Shown: piece after piece, positions 8,002 to 18,131 of the stretch
How the letters are laid out: each line of letters begins with the position of its first letter
Position numbering within the stretch: position 1 is the first letter of the stretch
IMG/VR virus record: IMGVR_UViG_3300036398_002854
Span: 1-55,507 of that record
DNA from: a virus
Lineage: Duplodnaviria > Caudoviricetes
DNA length: 55,507 bases
Reading direction: 5' to 3' (one strand)
The notes under the pieces: generated by a model
Seen by the model: the letters and a program-made list of their open reading frames with translations, nothing else
Databases searched by the model: none
What the model was told of the DNA's origin: nothing
Made by a program: the position numbers and the translations under genes

Positions 8002-9393
8002 TTACGGCAACTCCGCATTAGCGGTAACGTGGAGCCTCGATAGACTCCCCACAGCCCACGCCCCCGCTGTTGCGGTAAAATAGAACCCCCATTCGTTTGC
8101 GGTTAACGATGTGGATGAAAAATCGGCGTTGTTCGCGGTGTTTCTGGCTTCCGCGTTTGCTGCTGAAGGGTTGAAAGAAGTCATGGTTGGTGCGATACGC
8201 ATACGGGTTGGGAACGCAAAACCTGTATAGGCCGCATTGGCACTTGCGGCTAGAACGCCAAAACCAAGCGCACCTGTCACCCCTGCGTTCTGCGCTGGAG
8301 CCGTTTCAAGAGGGAACGTTTTCCAGTAATACCGCTGGCACAGACCGAGTTCGACCGAAAGCGGACGTCGCTCAAACGGAGTGGCTTGGGCGCCCGGTTC
8401 AATCTGGATATGCGACACGTCAAAAGTAAAAGTAGTATTAATCGGTAGATAAATTAGAAAGGATAGATCGTCGTCGTTGTTCGTCCCGATTGTTTTTCCG
8501 CTAATTGATGGGATATTTACGCTGTATGTGTATTTTACCCAAGAAGTAGAAATGCTTTGACTTGTCACCACCGTCGTAAATACGTCCGCACTTGGCGAAC
8601 CGCCACTTCCGAAATATTGAATAAATTCAATTTTCGGGAGAGTAAGCGATGATACCGCTTTGGCATACAGCGAAACCGAAATTGTTTTCCCAGCAAAAGT
8701 CCTGACGCCCTCAATACGCTGCCGCAATACGTTATACGTAGCCCCGCTGCCTGCTACGCTTTGAGCAAATCGCAGATGATATCGCGGCTGATCGGGGACA
8801 TCTGTTTGTCCGACAGTAAACGCTTGCCGAGAAATTGTTCTCGTTGCGCCCGCGCCATCGAAGATAACGAACCATCTATCCGCCGTATAAGCGTTGAAAG
8901 CGGGGCTACTAAAAGAAGTGCCCCTTTGCCAAATATCAAAATCACCATTGATGATGGCGTTTCGGAATCCCGCCAACGGGCCGTCGTTGATATTGGTGAC
9001 GCCCGTGATACCCGTATTTTTCAAAGTCAGATTGCCGTCGCTGTCATACATGACAAAGCGGCGAGCAGAAGGAGCGAGGAACAAATATTTTGACCCACCA
9101 CTCGGCCAGCTATACGCTGACGGGGTTCCCGTGGCGCCTAGATGAGTCGCTAGAATTGTGTCCCTGCTGATCGTATCTGAAGCCGCGTCAGTAAACGTCC
9201 CTTCGCCAACTTCAAAAACTGTTGGCTGCGTTAGGCTATCGACAGCAACGTAACCGACTCTAGACCCTGTGGCGACATTCGCCGTTGCCGGGTTCAAATA
9301 ACCATCGACGGTCGAGCCGATAGTGTAAGGCGCGGTTCCAGTGACGGCGACTTTTACTAAAACGCGATCACCAACAAAAACAGGAACGCCCAT
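8002..9393 (-). CDS. Tail fibre / receptor-binding protein
   Basis: FRNAIINGDFDIWQRGTS...YTADRW...ATPFERRP...ELGLCQRYY motif set common in tail fibres; last gene of the tail block. Confidence 0.8.
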   Translation of the reverse strand: MGVPVFVGDRVLVKVAVTGTAPYTIGSTVDGYLNPATANVATGSRVGYVAVDSLTQPTVFEVGEGTFTDAASDTISRDTILATHLGATGTPSAYSWPSGGSKYLFLAPSARRFVMYDSDGNLTLKNTGITGVTNINDGPLAGFRNAIINGDFDIWQRGTSFSSPAFNAYTADRWFVIFDGAGATRTISRQAFTVGQTDVPDQPRYHLRFAQSVAGSGATYNVLRQRIEGVRTFAGKTISVSLYAKAVSSLTLPKIEFIQYFGSGGSPSADVFTTVVTSQSISTSWVKYTYSVNIPSISGKTIGTNNDDDLSFLIYLPINTTFTFDVSHIQIEPGAQATPFERRPLSVELGLCQRYYWKTFPLETAPAQNAGVTGALGFGVLAASANAAYTGFAFPTRMRIAPTMTSFNPSAANAEARNTANNADFSSTSLTANEWGFYFTATAGAWAVGSLSRLHVTANAELP

Positions 9394-10181
9394 TACGCAT
9401 CTTCCTCAATTGTAAAGTCTGTTGTCCACAAATCTTCTAATTGTCTATTTACAGCAGGCACTTCAGAGAAATGCCCAAAAATACCGTCACCTAGAAACTC
9501 TTCTTCTTTTGCAAAGAAAATTTGTTTGGTTGTGCCGACTTCACCAGCAGCCGTGACGACTGTATCCGCCTCTGTCTGAGTCAGAAACGGAAAAGAGGTT
9601 CGTTCTACACGGTAAGACAACCCTGCCGAAACGTATCGAACGCCGGTCAAAGCAGCGCGGCTAGAGATGCCTGGGTCGCGGAACGTCCTCGTCTGCCCAT
9701 AGCCGTAGGAATACTGAGTGATAAGCGCATCCCCAACCCATAGACGTCCAAGTTGGATATAGGTTAGACCTGAAGAACCTGTCCCTACAAATGTAAGGCG
9801 AATGTATCTAGCGGTGATACCTGCGCTTGACCGCCACCCCCACACTCCCCACGGGTTCAGTGTAAACGCGGCAGCGGAAAGATTGAGAGCGTCTGTTCCG
9901 CCCGCAACCAGATTGCTTGCTCGAATGGCAACTGTTGCACCGGAAGGCGGTAGGACACCATCTCGCGGAGCAGCGAACGCTATGAGTTTGATAGTCCGAC
10001 TCGCGCCTAAATCTAGATTGATGATGGCACTCGTGCTGCTGTTCCAAGTGCTGCTGCGCCAGATATCTTGGACCTGAGTCGTGAGCATCCCCCGCGCACC
10101 AAGCGCGCCTTGAAAACTTGAGACTTCGAGTGAAGCGCCAAGTTGCTCAGCCCAATTCTTCCATGACAGAACAGCGCCCAT
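9393..10181 (-). CDS. Minor tail / tail tip protein
   Basis: Position, TGATG coupling, DLGASRTI and IQLGRLWVG motifs. Confidence 0.6.
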   Translation of the reverse strand: MGAVLSWKNWAEQLGASLEVSSFQGALGARGMLTTQVQDIWRSSTWNSSTSAIINLDLGASRTIKLIAFAAPRDGVLPPSGATVAIRASNLVAGGTDALNLSAAAFTLNPWGVWGWRSSAGITARYIRLTFVGTGSSGLTYIQLGRLWVGDALITQYSYGYGQTRTFRDPGISSRAALTGVRYVSAGLSYRVERTSFPFLTQTEADTVVTAAGEVGTTKQIFFAKEEEFLGDGIFGHFSEVPAVNRQLEDLWTTDFTIEEDA

Positions 10182-11818
10182 CAGCCCCACAACTCCAATT
10201 CGGCGTAGTCACCTCTAGCAGAAATGCCCCTAACAAGAAAGTCCTTGCCCTCTCCCGCCAACGTCGGTATCCCCGGCCATTTCAATTTTACGACGGTCCC
10301 GACAGGCAACGCCCACCAGTTAATGTTTCCAGCCCGAGGACCAATTCGGGCGGTCCACGTCCGCCGAGGCGCCTTGTAGATAGTTAAAAGTGATTCCGCC
10401 AAAGTGCTTGCAGCGGTTTTCGATTCAATAACACCGGGTAACTCGGGGCCGTCCACGGCAAGTGGATACCGGATTTTTACGTTAGCGTCAGAGGCGACGG
10501 CATACCGTCTTTTTTTGCTATAAAAATCTTTGTCTGAAACTAACGGAGAATCAGATACGTCGCTGCCTTCTTGAGTAACGTCTAATTCTTGATACGCCAC
10601 TCGTAGCCGCCACCACGGAGGAGTAGAGCCTGACGTTTCTTGTGGTGCATCCAAAAGCATATATGGTTCGATAATAATTGTTGCCGATTCTGGCGACGTG
10701 ATGACGCCGCCCCCAAATTCACCAAGAGTATTTGGCCCCCACCATACCGAGCCGAGAGCAGCGGCTAGTCGGTCCATGGCATCCTCGGCGGTGCCTTCTC
10801 TTACAATGATCCCAACTTCTGTGCTGGGCCATGTGGAGAACGTGGATGCCGTGGCGCTGGCTACGCCCCCCGCCACTTGTAGGATTTGCGCGGCGACAAG
10901 CGCCGCCGTAGACGCATACCCGCCGAACGTGCTGCCGCGCACGTCGGCTGTAAGAAAAACCGGGTCATCATGGAGTTTTATGAACCCGCCGCCTTTGAAA
11001 GAAGTGTATTTGCCGGTAGCAGGACTATCCGCAACCAAAGACGCATACGAATCCTCATTTTCTTTTAATTCAAGCAAGCCACCGAGGTCACGAACCGCAA
11101 CGATTTCTTCAACTTCACCGTCATGTAATTGGTAGATTCTGTTCGCAGCATCTACCAATGTGGGTTGCACATTTCGGACAAAACCAAAAATACGGGGCTT
11201 GCTTACACCACGCAGAGAAGCATCGCCTTCTGCTCCGCCTGCCCCCGTATAGAGGCTGTTCGCGGCACCTAGTAAGTCTGCTGCTGCTGAGCGAAGCGGC
11301 ATACGCAGCGTGTCGGTGCCTTCAAACGCCTCTGAGGCTCGAAGCGACGCCACTTCTACCCAAGTTGATCGCTCCGCATGATTTGGGCGCCGATGCGGGG
11401 CGCGAATCAATTTCACTTCGCGCCCACCAATCGCCCATTCGCCCGCGATTGAGTCTAGCGCCCCGTCTACGTTACGCAGGCGCAGTTCACCTGCTTCAAC
11501 TTGACTCCTGCGCCCTTCGCCAGGATAGACAGGGATAAAGCGTTCAACAGCCGGGGGTTCTAGTAGGCGCGGGGGGTATACCTCTTCTGCCCCGGTATCC
11601 CTAGGCTCTTGTATCCAGCCCCGATCTGACACTTTAATGGTTGCTACAGAAGCCACAACCGCAGACTGTTGGATGTCGATTGCCGACAGGGGTGCGCCTG
11701 ATGGCATGAACATTTGGGATGGGCGTGGTTCCCCGACACCTTCAGGATCAGGGTTAATCTCGATCAGCCAAACGGATTCCTCGATCCCGGCGCTTGCTAC
11801 AGTGATGGTCGAACTCAT
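10181..11818 (-). CDS. Tail tip / hub protein
   Basis: Follows tape measure; YTGAGGAEG...KPRIFGFVRNV...YQLHDG motif of proteobacterial siphophage tail proteins. Confidence 0.65.
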   Translation of the reverse strand: MSSTITVASAGIEESVWLIEINPDPEGVGEPRPSQMFMPSGAPLSAIDIQQSAVVASVATIKVSDRGWIQEPRDTGAEEVYPPRLLEPPAVERFIPVYPGEGRRSQVEAGELRLRNVDGALDSIAGEWAIGGREVKLIRAPHRRPNHAERSTWVEVASLRASEAFEGTDTLRMPLRSAAADLLGAANSLYTGAGGAEGDASLRGVSKPRIFGFVRNVQPTLVDAANRIYQLHDGEVEEIVAVRDLGGLLELKENEDSYASLVADSPATGKYTSFKGGGFIKLHDDPVFLTADVRGSTFGGYASTAALVAAQILQVAGGVASATASTFSTWPSTEVGIIVREGTAEDAMDRLAAALGSVWWGPNTLGEFGGGVITSPESATIIIEPYMLLDAPQETSGSTPPWWRLRVAYQELDVTQEGSDVSDSPLVSDKDFYSKKRRYAVASDANVKIRYPLAVDGPELPGVIESKTAASTLAESLLTIYKAPRRTWTARIGPRAGNINWWALPVGTVVKLKWPGIPTLAGEGKDFLVRGISARGDYAELELWG

Positions 11819-14800
11819 TGTGCCCTCAGACGGGATGTGCGAAGTTCTTCTCTCAATTCGCCAATCTGTATCTGAAGACCGGAGACGGCTTCAAGTAGGG
11901 CGCTGCCTTGGTCCGCATCATTCCGTGCAACGGTTTCTTCCAAAGACTCAATCGCGTTCCTGACGGCGCGCAATTCACCGACAACGGCTTGAGTGTTGCC
12001 GCCATTCACCTCTACGCCTAGGCGCCCGTCAGGACCACGGCGTAGCGGCATGATGGCTTCGGGACCTGCTTCGCCAAACAAGGCCATGGGCGCCAGCGTG
12101 GGGCTGTTCACGTAGTCAGGGATGCCGCCGTTGGCGTATGCCATGACCTTACCGTGGTAGAGGGCCGCGCCAAGTGCCGCTGCCATCCCGCCGCCACCAC
12201 CCATGTCACCGCCAAATCCGCCCGCACCCGATTCGGCGTCAAACATAAAATCTTGCTGTGCCACATACGTCTGCACATCTGCCGTCTTTTCAACCGCAGT
12301 CTTGATGGCTTCGGCTATCGGAAGAAGCGATTCCAGCTTATCATTAAACTGCTTGTTGTATTCCAGCGAGGCGGATTCAAAAGCCGTCTGCCCAAGCCCC
12401 GCCATTTCCTTAACGAAAGGCACGTCGCTGATATTGAGAAGTTGCTGCCCGACCGGGTTGGAAACTAGGTTTTCAAGCGAAGATACAACGCCAGAACGGA
12501 TGCCGTGGAAGGCGCTGGTAGAACCATAAATCTCCCGCGCCAAATTCAGATAAGTCTCAGACGATTGCGTGATGCGCTGAAGGGCCGTCCTATCGCCCGT
12601 CTGCGCCGCCGCCAAATCACGACTGAACAACTCGCCCGCCGAAGCCAACCGCCCCATGCCCGTGGTGCCGGATAGCCCGCCAACACGTAGCGAATCTAGG
12701 AAGTCGCTGATGCCCCGTGTGCTTTCACGCATGATAGCCGCGCGTTCTTCAGCCTGCACTTCTTCTAGTTTCACAAGCATCTTAGACTTTTCTTCTGCCG
12801 TGAGCGCAAGCGCGTCTAGCGAGGCGGTGAAGGATTCAATCTCCTTTTGGGTGTTGTAGGAAAGTTGAATCTGCTCCGCCTGTTGGTCGAGGCCGAGTGC
12901 GGTAAGGCGACGGATTTCAAGGCCAAGTGCCGTGTCGCGAATGGTAAGGGCGCGCTGCTTTTCAAGTTTGGCGATGCCTGCATCCCGCGCGTCATTCAAC
13001 TCCTCTTCAGAGATGCCATACTCACGCGCTTTGGCAGCCGCCTGGGCGAATGAGTCTATCAGCGCGTTCATCTGTTGCGTAAATTCAGGGATCGGGTCTT
13101 CGGTCAGCCCCTTGATAGTGTCTTGGATGCTGATGAAGCCTTCGACAAACCCTTGCAACTTTTCTAGGCCAGCGAAAGACCGACCTGAAAGCGCACGGTT
13201 CAATTCATCGTTGGCGGTTGCCGCAAAATTCATAGAAGCAATCGCTTCGCTGAAGCTGGCAGCTTCGCCATACCCAAGGTTGCCCATGCCGAAGCGGTTG
13301 CCACCCACGGCGCGGTCGCCCGTTACGGAAAGGCCGCGCTGTTGCAAATAGGCGTTGATAGCGTTGATGCCCGCTTCTGCTTCTTGGAATTGAGCGCGGC
13401 CCTGTTCGTTGTAGAACATATCAGTCATGGCGAGTCTGCCATTCTGACCGCGAACTGCATAGCCGAAACCGCGATCAGATTCACCGGGGCCAAAGAGGCC
13501 ACCACCAAGCCCCCCAAGCGTGCCGCCGATCAACCCCCCAAGAGGACCGCCGATAAGAAAGCCAGCAAGACCCCCCAGGCCGGAACCAATCATGCCGTTT
13601 GTAGATTGCGCTGAACTTCGACCCATCATAGAGTTTAAAAAGCTACTAATGGCGAAGCCACCACCTATGCTGCCCATTGCGCCGCTAAGAGTGAGCGCGG
13701 ACCCACCCATGAGAGACGTGCCGCCCAGCCCGAACATTCCCGGCGTGCCAGCGGAAGCCACGCCCCCAAAACCACTCGCAATACTAGGCTCTAAAAGCCC
13801 CGGTATCATGACGGTGCTTGGCGCTGTGCCGAAAATAGAAGCACTAAGCCCACCGCCACTAATCCCCAGCGAACCAAGAATCCCTTCCTTCGGAATCAAG
13901 GACGAAAGACCGAGCAGGTCCATCAAACCCCCGCCGCCACCCGCAGCGCCAGCAACCGCCCCGCCTGCGCCAAGCACGGACAGGCCCGCGCCAAGTGTCG
14001 GGCGCATGGTGCCGCCAAAAAGGCTATTCAGGACGGGGTTGATGACGCCAAGGCGAATGATGGATTGGAGTATGGACGACATGACACCGCGAACGATGTT
14101 GCCGAAGTTGAGTGCGCGGATTTCGCCCTTAGAGAAGGCTTCGGTGATGGCGTCGCCAACCTGCTCGAAGGCCCGTTCGCCAATGCGGCCAAGTTCCTCG
14201 TAGGAGTTTTTGAAGTAATCAATGTCTTGGCGACGGCGAACAATGTCTCGGGCATCGGCTTCCGCCGCACGAATATCTTCTTCGCTGCGCCCTCGCGCTT
14301 GCTGGCGAGCGCGAAGCGCGGCCAACTCTTGTTCACGAAGTGCGACGTTCTCCCCAAGAAGGCTACGCTCTTTTTCAAGCAGGGCGATTTCATCCCGCCT
14401 CACGTTGATGTCCTTGGCAGCGTCGATTTCTTTTGCGCCCGCCGCTTCTCTGCGCATCAGGTCAAGGATGCGTTTTTTGATTTTCTCGCGCTCAACTTCC
14501 GTCTTGGCGCCAAGGCGAATGGCTTCCGTCTCCGCCTTCAGTTGCAATTCTGCGTCTTCGCCCGCCTGAGTGCTGACGCGATAGGCAGCGGCGATCTTGC
14601 CTTGGTCGCGGATTTGGGTTTCGAGAGTCGCGAGGTATTTGTCTAGGGTTTCCGTGGATTCCTTAGTGGAGCCAGTCGCTTTCTTAGTAGCCTCGTCCAA
14701 ATCCGCTTTGATGGCGACGTATGTCTGCTCGCGCTTAGCCGCGCGTTCAATAACTTCTTCTTCAAATGCTTTCGCATCTGTTAGTGCGCGGACACTTGGG

Positions 14801-17136
14801 TAAAGTCGCCGATACGCGTCTTGGAGAACTTTTAGTCGTGCAGCCTCATCCCGTTGGTCCTTAGCACGGATATAAGTTTGCGCGATGGGGCGGCCAACGC
14901 CCCGCATGGCGGAGGGAGTGGCCTCACCAAAATCAACCGAGTCTAAGGGGCGGCCTTGACCCACCAAATCAACCTGTTGTCCTTGCGCATCCAAAGACGC
15001 GCGAAGTCTTTGGACACCTTCAAGCAGATTCAAAATAGAGGTTAGCGGCCCGCGTAGTTTTTCTACGTTAACGTCTGACTGCAATATAGAAATTACGCCA
15101 TTCAGGCTTGTGGCCATCTTTTGAAGTTCGATGTTTGCCTTTCGGCTTTGCTCCGTTTGGTCATCAAATTTGAACGACTCTATCCGTGTTTTTAATTTCT
15201 CTATTTCTTGGGTGTATCCCCCCAAAGACATAGAGCCTTCTAGAACCTGTTCCGTCCACCCACGAAATTGTTCTCGAACCCGCTTTGCAGATTCCGCATA
15301 TTCTTCAGGTTTGAGTCTAGTTACTTCTGACAAAGACCTGTTAAATGCAGCCAAGCCTCCTGTCTGTAAATCTAGAAAAACATTTCTAAAACTCTTTTGC
15401 GCAGTTTGCAGATCATTCTCCATTTCTCTCAACGCTTTTTTATTTTCTTCTAACTGCACTCTGAGCGCCATAGTAAAGGCTTTTGACGCTTCATATCCGA
15501 GTTTCTGATAAGAACGAGTCAGCCGCTCTAGGTCACTTTCCGCGCTGTTTGTCGCTTGGCTTGTGCCTGTTATAAGAATGGAATTGACCGCGTTGATGCG
15601 CGTAGACAAATCTGCATAAGTCTTATCAAACCGCTTTACAGCACTATCTATTTGGTCTAGTTCGCGCCCTGGACCTCGGGCGTAAGCAGTAATAGCGGCG
15701 CCAATAGATGCGATGCCTGCCACTATTAGCCCTTTAGGCCCAAACGCAAGCGCCAATCTCAAAAGACTGCCTGCCGCCAGCGTAGCGAGCGCCCCCGCCA
15801 CCAAATCAAGATTGTTGGCAAGAGTTGCGAGCGCCTTGGCCAACACCTCCACCGCACCAGATTCGCGCGCGGCTTCAATTAATTTGCGGATTTGATCAGT
15901 GGTAGAAATAAGTGCTTGATCGAAACCCGCTTCCTTGAAAAGCATGTTCGTTTTGGTCAACTCAGTCGTGAGCCTGCCGAACGCCGCACCAACAGACTGC
16001 GATGTGCGCCCAAGCGTTTCGGCGCCACCAGACATGGCGTAAATTTGCTTTACAAATTCAACCGCATACCGCTGAACGTCAATCGTGCCTTCTTCAAAAC
16101 GCTTATTAATATCAACCGATTTCCCATCTACTTTAATCATGGCGCGTTCGAGCGCAGCCATGGCGACGGGAAGGCGATCACCCATCTGGTTGCGAACTTC
16201 TTCCGCCATGAATTTGCCCTTGGACATGGATTGCTCCAATGCCCGAATGACACCCATGGTATCCGCAGCGGAAAGACCGAAGTTACGAGACGCTGCGACC
16301 AATTCTGAAAAAGTTTGCCTAGTCTGACCGCCCTCGAACCCTGCGCCCTTCATCGCCAAAGACAGACGCGCAAAAGAGTTGCCCACATCGCCAACGGCAA
16401 AACCAACTCGGTTGGCTTCAGCAAAAAGGAAGTTTAAGTTGCGCTGAAAGCCAAGTGTGCCTTCTGAAACGGTCTTTAGTGTATTGACAAACTTATCAAT
16501 TTCTAGGCCCGCTTGAATGACCTCTCGGAGCGCCAAAGTCCCCGCAAGCGCACTAAGGGCCGCTGCGGTGTTAAATGCCACGCGACTAAATCCACCAAGC
16601 GAGGCATTCGCCGCGCCAAAAGCTGCGGAGAATACGCGGGCGTTTTCACCTACTTTCGTGAGCAATCCGCCCATCCGCGCTATTTCTCCACTAAGCGCGT
16701 TTGCTCCTCGGTTAAACTCCCCCTGCGCTTTTACGGCAGCCATGGACCTTACGCCGTAGGTATTTAATACGTTTATATATCTATTGAGTTCCGCTTCCGC
16801 TCCTTTTTTGATACCAACTGCTTGATCTAGGGATAACTGGCGGTTTGCGCGACCAATTATGCTTGCAACGCGCGTTCTAGCTTGCTCAATTTTTCTCTCC
16901 ATTTGAAGTGTGGCTTGCATTTGTTTGTCGAGTTTGGCGAATGCGCCTTCTGTCTTTTTTGCGTTTTCTTCAAGTGGCTTCGTTCCTGCGTTCGGTTTAG
17001 CCGCCTCTCTGCCAATCCTCGTAACCGACTTCTCAACCGCCGTCGCCGCTACGGCAAGTTTATCCAGCGCCGCAATAGCCGCAGCAACCGACTTGGTATC
17101 GACCTTGACTGTAAGATTAGCAACTGAATCCGACAA
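11815..17136 (-). CDS. Tape measure protein
   Basis: 1773 aa, helical; tape-measure domain (ALEQSMSKGKFMAEEVRNQMGDRLP); Gly-rich hydrophobic segments; C-terminal GEAGPEAIMPL. Confidence 0.93.
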   Translation of the reverse strand: MSDSVANLTVKVDTKSVAAAIAALDKLAVAATAVEKSVTRIGREAAKPNAGTKPLEENAKKTEGAFAKLDKQMQATLQMERKIEQARTRVASIIGRANRQLSLDQAVGIKKGAEAELNRYINVLNTYGVRSMAAVKAQGEFNRGANALSGEIARMGGLLTKVGENARVFSAAFGAANASLGGFSRVAFNTAAALSALAGTLALREVIQAGLEIDKFVNTLKTVSEGTLGFQRNLNFLFAEANRVGFAVGDVGNSFARLSLAMKGAGFEGGQTRQTFSELVAASRNFGLSAADTMGVIRALEQSMSKGKFMAEEVRNQMGDRLPVAMAALERAMIKVDGKSVDINKRFEEGTIDVQRYAVEFVKQIYAMSGGAETLGRTSQSVGAAFGRLTTELTKTNMLFKEAGFDQALISTTDQIRKLIEAARESGAVEVLAKALATLANNLDLVAGALATLAAGSLLRLALAFGPKGLIVAGIASIGAAITAYARGPGRELDQIDSAVKRFDKTYADLSTRINAVNSILITGTSQATNSAESDLERLTRSYQKLGYEASKAFTMALRVQLEENKKALREMENDLQTAQKSFRNVFLDLQTGGLAAFNRSLSEVTRLKPEEYAESAKRVREQFRGWTEQVLEGSMSLGGYTQEIEKLKTRIESFKFDDQTEQSRKANIELQKMATSLNGVISILQSDVNVEKLRGPLTSILNLLEGVQRLRASLDAQGQQVDLVGQGRPLDSVDFGEATPSAMRGVGRPIAQTYIRAKDQRDEAARLKVLQDAYRRLYPSVRALTDAKAFEEEVIERAAKREQTYVAIKADLDEATKKATGSTKESTETLDKYLATLETQIRDQGKIAAAYRVSTQAGEDAELQLKAETEAIRLGAKTEVEREKIKKRILDLMRREAAGAKEIDAAKDINVRRDEIALLEKERSLLGENVALREQELAALRARQQARGRSEEDIRAAEADARDIVRRRQDIDYFKNSYEELGRIGERAFEQVGDAITEAFSKGEIRALNFGNIVRGVMSSILQSIIRLGVINPVLNSLFGGTMRPTLGAGLSVLGAGGAVAGAAGGGGGLMDLLGLSSLIPKEGILGSLGISGGGLSASIFGTAPSTVMIPGLLEPSIASGFGGVASAGTPGMFGLGGTSLMGGSALTLSGAMGSIGGGFAISSFLNSMMGRSSAQSTNGMIGSGLGGLAGFLIGGPLGGLIGGTLGGLGGGLFGPGESDRGFGYAVRGQNGRLAMTDMFYNEQGRAQFQEAEAGINAINAYLQQRGLSVTGDRAVGGNRFGMGNLGYGEAASFSEAIASMNFAATANDELNRALSGRSFAGLEKLQGFVEGFISIQDTIKGLTEDPIPEFTQQMNALIDSFAQAAAKAREYGISEEELNDARDAGIAKLEKQRALTIRDTALGLEIRRLTALGLDQQAEQIQLSYNTQKEIESFTASLDALALTAEEKSKMLVKLEEVQAEERAAIMRESTRGISDFLDSLRVGGLSGTTGMGRLASAGELFSRDLAAAQTGDRTALQRITQSSETYLNLAREIYGSTSAFHGIRSGVVSSLENLVSNPVGQQLLNISDVPFVKEMAGLGQTAFESASLEYNKQFNDKLESLLPIAEAIKTAVEKTADVQTYVAQQDFMFDAESGAGGFGGDMGGGGGMAAALGAALYHGKVMAYANGGIPDYVNSPTLAPMALFGEAGPEAIMPLRRGPDGRLGVEVNGGNTQAVVGELRAVRNAIESLEETVARNDADQGSALLEAVSGLQIQIGELREELRTSRLRAQ

Positions 17137-17138
17137 AA

Positions 17139-17612
17139 CTACCCCCGTCTAGAAACTCGTTTTGGCGTGGGCGTTGGGTCAGATTTCTTTGCGGCTTCCC
17201 TCGCGGCCCGTGCCGCTTTAGCCAAATCAGCCTGGGTGTTGAGGAAAGCGGTGTCTATAACTTTTATAGCGCGTATCTCATGGGGAAGCAATACGCGCCC
17301 CGTCAAATGCAAGTAGGCTTGCATCTCCAGATAACTGATGGGGTTGGCAGAAAACCCGTTTGAACTTCGTGTGCTTTGAAGGTCGAAGAAACTAGACCAC
17401 GCAAACGAATATTCTTCCGGCATAGGCGGAATGTCGAGACGGTTTTCTAATTCTGCTTTTTGTTGCCGAGAAGCAGGGTCGGTTCTACGTGCAAGATGAG
17501 TTAAGGCACGAGCGACGCTATCCGCTTCGCTCGTGCCATCCTCTTTCTTAGTGTATAGCGCAAAATACCTTTCCGCGTGTTCCTTTAGAAGTTCAAGACC
17601 GTCCTCATAGAA
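17139..17612 (-). CDS. Tail assembly chaperone T-segment, reached by frameshift
   Basis: Frame stays open from the end of the G ORF (FYEDGLELLKEHAERYFAL...) through WSSFFDLQSTR...NPISYLEMQAY; it is +1 relative to G. Confidence 0.75.
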   Translation of the reverse strand, partial: FYEDGLELLKEHAERYFALYTKKEDGTSEADSVARALTHLARRTDPASRQQKAELENRLDIPPMPEEYSFAWSSFFDLQSTRSSNGFSANPISYLEMQAYLHLTGRVLLPHEIRAIKVIDTAFLNTQADLAKAARAAREAAKKSDPTPTPKRVSRRG

Positions 17613-18006
17613 ACGTGGCGCGGTCGTCTAGGGCTTCGCTGACCTGCTCCTTGATCCAAGCGAAGCGGGCATCGGTGTAGATGGTGCGGGCCGCAGTCTC
17701 AGACAGCGGAGCGGCAATCGCCTTACCATCCGGGGTGACTAGGTGCCATTCCTTCGTAGCGGCCACTAGGGTCTCAGCACGCTCCGCCTCAAGCTCATCC
17801 GCAGTCAGCGTGACACGCCCACGCATCTTGAGGCGCTTGTTGAGCGCGGCCTTCTGCACCTTCTGAACTTCCGGGCTGTCAAGGCTGACAACAGAAATAA
17901 AAGCCTCCTTGCCGTTTTCATCGCGGAGGGGCTGACGTGTCTTGGGGTGGAGTAGGATAACCGGAACAGCGTTTGAAACGTCAAGCGCGAGGGCGTCAAG
18001 TGACAT
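17605..18006 (-). CDS. Tail assembly chaperone (gpG-like)
   Basis: Between tail tube and tape measure genes; LLHPKT...WIKEQV...DRATFL; AGGAGG RBS. Confidence 0.8.
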   Translation of the reverse strand: MSLDALALDVSNAVPVILLHPKTRQPLRDENGKEAFISVVSLDSPEVQKVQKAALNKRLKMRGRVTLTADELEAERAETLVAATKEWHLVTPDGKAIAAPLSETAARTIYTDARFAWIKEQVSEALDDRATFL

Positions 18007-18083
18007 GGTGGCGAAAGACCTCCTGGGTCAAATAAGAAAGGAAGTTTGAATGTTTTGGTTGAGTGCCTTAGAAAAGTCAAGAC

Positions 18084-18117
18084 AAAAAAAGAGGCGCCTT
18101 GCGGCGCCTCTCTTTTT
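18084..18117 (-). terminator. Intrinsic terminator after tail tube gene
   Basis: aaaaaaagaggcgcc-ttgc-ggcgcctctcttttt. Confidence 0.75.
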
Positions 18118-18131
18118 AATCTGTAAGTGGA

